DNA of 64,000 nucleotides from an uncultured Methanosarcinaceae archaeon (GTDB lineage Archaea; Halobacteriota; Methanosarcinia; Methanosarcinales; Methanosarcinaceae): NCBI GenBank assembly GCA_963847185.1, contig CAWJYV010000008.1, positions 288,001 to 352,000 of the forward strand, read 5' to 3'. Shown piece by piece: positions 61,410 to 64,000 of this stretch (position 1 is its first letter; each line of letters starts with the position of its first letter). The notes under the pieces were generated by a model. It saw only the letters and a program-made list of their open reading frames with translations, ran no database searches and was not told where the DNA came from. The position numbers and the translations under genes were made by a program.

Positions 61410-62141
61410 ATGAAAATAACAGTGTTCAGCGGGAGCCATAAAGGCAGGGAAGGAAACACCCTCATTATGGTTGATGAATTCCTTAAAGGAGCAGAAGAAG
61501 CCGGGGCAGAGATCGAAAATATTATCCTTGCTGAAAAGAATATTATGTACTGCAAGGGAAAATTTGAATGCTGGCTCAAAACTCCCGGAAGATGCACTAT
61601 CCGCGATGACATGGATGACCTGCTTCCCATGTTCATGGATTCGGATGTGGTAGTTTTTGCATGTCCTGTGTACTTTGACAATGTTCCGGCTATATTGAAA
61701 AACTTCATAGATAGACTTACCCCTCTCCTTTTGCCTCATTTCGAAGAGGATGAAAAAGGTGAGTACAGGCATTCAAAGCGCTATAAGAAATACCCGAAAA
61801 TTGTTGTGGTTTCTAACGCCGGACTGCCGGGTCAAACGAATTTTGAGGTTGAAAGTCTTTTTTTCAGGCGATTAGCAAGGACTTTCCATACAGAACTTAT
61901 TGCCGAAATCTATAGAGGAGAAGGGGAAATTTTCAGGGGTAAAAGTAACATTATGTTAAAACCTTTACTTGGAAAATACAAAAAACTGCTCAGGTGTGTT
62001 GGTAAAGAAATTGTTGAAAATCAAGTTCTCTCTGAAAAAACAATAAAAGAGCTCGAAAAACCGATCGTACCTCCAGGCCTTTACATTAAATTTGGAAATG
62101 AAGAATGGGATAGACTGTTAGAAGAAGGCAGAATTGATTGA
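61410..62141 (+). CDS. Flavodoxin-fold NAD(P)H-dependent FMN reductase / iron-sulfur flavoprotein-like protein
   Basis: SGSHKGREGNT, CKGKFECW...C, PVYF, LKNFIDR. Confidence 0.85.
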   Translation: MKITVFSGSHKGREGNTLIMVDEFLKGAEEAGAEIENIILAEKNIMYCKGKFECWLKTPGRCTIRDDMDDLLPMFMDSDVVVFACPVYFDNVPAILKNFIDRLTPLLLPHFEEDEKGEYRHSKRYKKYPKIVVVSNAGLPGQTNFEVESLFFRRLARTFHTELIAEIYRGEGEIFRGKSNIMLKPLLGKYKKLLRCVGKEIVENQVLSEKTIKELEKPIVPPGLYIKFGNEEWDRLLEEGRID

Positions 62142-62302
62142 ATAAGGTCTCAAAATGAAAAAACTTCATGAAATGTGGATTATCAATCTTAATATAAATG
62201 TAAAGTAATCCTGACCTTATACACCTGGAAATCTCGATAGATTTAATAGGTGATAAAAAGGGATAAGAGGGAGGGTTTTATCCCTCCTATGTTTTTTATT
62301 TT

Positions 62303-64000
62303 TCAATCAGTGCCCGGGCTACTTTCCACCAGGTCCTCAAGGCTGTGCTCCATGTAAGGAGCGTTACTCCTGTTAATAAGCTCCTGACAGACATCAGCCG
62401 GGTTTTCATCCATTACAAGTGCTCCGTTTTCTATTAGTACAGCTCTATGAGCAACTTCCCGGACAAAATCCATATGATGGCTTACAAGCACTATGGTAGT
62501 TCCAAAGCGCTCATTGATCCTCTTTAAAGAATTTGTTACATCTCTGAGGGTTACCGGATCAAGATCCCCAAAAGGTTCGTCGAGCATGAGATATTGTGGG
62601 GAGGTTGCAAGGCTCAACGCAATAAATGCCCTTACATGCTCGCCTCCACTTATCTGATAGGGAGTTTTATCAAGAACTTCCATTGGAAGGTCAAGAGCTT
62701 CAAAGACTGGTTCTGCATAGGTATCGACATCAGTCACAGGAATTGTTGGGAATAGTTCAAAATAAATAGTTTCACTAAGGTTTAACTCTCGCAGAGCAGT
62801 CGTCTTTTCCTCTTCAGGCATATCCGGTAGTCTGTATATGGTATCGAGAGTCTCATCCGAAAGCCCCAATTCTCTGGCTTTATTCCTTGCGTATTCGATT
62901 GCACCTTTCTTTTTTATACTTAGCCTGAATCGAATCTGGTCTCTTACAGTTGAGTTAACGGACATGGAGAATTCCTGGTTCATTATACTCATAATCCTTC
63001 GAAGCTCCATTCGTTTCTCGCTGTACTCGGTAACATTTACCCAGTCTCCATTGCATAGGTATTCGACAGTCCCGCTTTTCGGCTTGACAAGTCCTTCCAT
63101 AAGCTTCATTATTGTTGTTTTTCCGGCTCCTGAAGGGCCTATAAAGGCCACAGTCTCTCCTTTATAAACGTCCAGGGAAAAGTTTTTGATGTTGAGGACT
63201 TCTCCCATTCGGATAAGAGAATAACGTTTTGAAATATCTCTTACCTTAATACAAACTTCTTTATTTTCAGGCTCTGAGAGCTCTTCTCTGGGCTTCATAT
63301 CTCTAAGGAAATTTTTAAGTACCCAGATTGGTTCCCCTTCAGCTGCGATTTTCCCTTCTTCAAGGAATATCAGCCTATCGGCAAGATATGCATGAATTTC
63401 CGGGAGATGGGAAATTACTACAATAGGAATATTCAGTTTCTCTTTTAGACTCTTTATTACATCAAGCACTTCTTGTTTTGTATCTGGCCCGGTCATTGTA
63501 ACGGGTTCGTCGAGAAGAAGAACTTTTGGCTTTGCAGCTAACTGCCTTGCCATTACAACTCTCTGTTTTTCCCCTCCGCTCAGGAGGTTGGTGGAGTGAA
63601 GAGCTTTATGTTCAAGCCCCACAAGTTTCAGATACTCCATTGCCTCTTCAAAGAGTTCATCATATTCGTGATTATCATTGTGCGGAAGGGCTTCGTGCCC
63701 TATTCTAAGGTAATTTAGTTTCCTTATTATGTTTTCAATTGCAGGCCCGTTCCAGAGCCCGAAGTTCCGCTGGAGGTGTATTGCGGTTACGCTTTTCAGA
63801 AATTTTTCCCCTTCAATTCCTGAATCAAAGGTTACAATTTCCCCGTCTACCTCTACAGTTCCTTCCTGGAAGGGTTCTACTCCCCGGATGATGCGAAGAA
63901 GCGTTGACTTCCCGCTTCCGCTTCGACCTGTAATCCCGAGAATTTCTCCATCTTCCACTGTGAGGTCGATATGGTCCAATACTCTTATTTTTTCGGAGCG
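62303..64000 (-). CDS. atwA: Methyl-coenzyme M reductase system component A2 (dual ABC ATPase), 5' end outside window
   Basis: Two ABC domains (GRSGSGKST, GPSGAGKTT), AIHLQR, VSHHMDFV, no TM segments. Confidence 0.85.
   Translation of the reverse strand, partial: RSEKIRVLDHIDLTVEDGEILGITGRSGSGKSTLLRIIRGVEPFQEGTVEVDGEIVTFDSGIEGEKFLKSVTAIHLQRNFGLWNGPAIENIIRKLNYLRIGHEALPHNDNHEYDELFEEAMEYLKLVGLEHKALHSTNLLSGGEKQRVVMARQLAAKPKVLLLDEPVTMTGPDTKQEVLDVIKSLKEKLNIPIVVISHLPEIHAYLADRLIFLEEGKIAAEGEPIWVLKNFLRDMKPREELSEPENKEVCIKVRDISKRYSLIRMGEVLNIKNFSLDVYKGETVAFIGPSGAGKTTIMKLMEGLVKPKSGTVEYLCNGDWVNVTEYSEKRMELRRIMSIMNQEFSMSVNSTVRDQIRFRLSIKKKGAIEYARNKARELGLSDETLDTIYRLPDMPEEEKTTALRELNLSETIYFELFPTIPVTDVDTYAEPVFEALDLPMEVLDKTPYQISGGEHVRAFIALSLATSPQYLMLDEPFGDLDPVTLRDVTNSLKRINERFGTTIVLVSHHMDFVREVAHRAVLIENGALVMDENPADVCQELINRSNAPYMEHSLEDLVESSPGTD

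Overview
Archaeal chromosome segment, by gene content very likely Methanosarcina (inferred). Positions 1-40 kb are mostly housekeeping: DUF62, a HEAT-repeat protein, a radical SAM protein, ftsZ-secE-spt5-rpl11-rpl1-rplP0-rpl12, pan, aMBF1, the cbiT-L-F-G-G-H-C cobalamin operon, ccdA/thioredoxin, apbC, hdrC/hdrB, npdG, a split glutamate synthase operon and glnA. atwA lies at the right end. The main discovery is in the AT-rich 43-52 kb interval, which the ORF track leaves nearly empty. It holds 20 unannotated micro-genes of 23-33 aa in four sequence families, each with a purine-rich Shine-Dalgarno site. They form two convergent tandem arrays: 6 genes on + (45230-46320) and 14 genes on - (48183-50190). 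Copies differ largely by synonymous or conservative changes, which supports translation. The arrays are flanked by a DrrAB-like ABC-2 exporter and two paralogous LolD/MacB-type ABC modules with COG1361-like surface proteins, plus a histidine kinase. I infer a leaderless, multi-component secreted peptide system (antimicrobial, surface fibre/amyloid or signalling); its function is untested. All translations and coordinates of small features were read by hand and no database searches were run.
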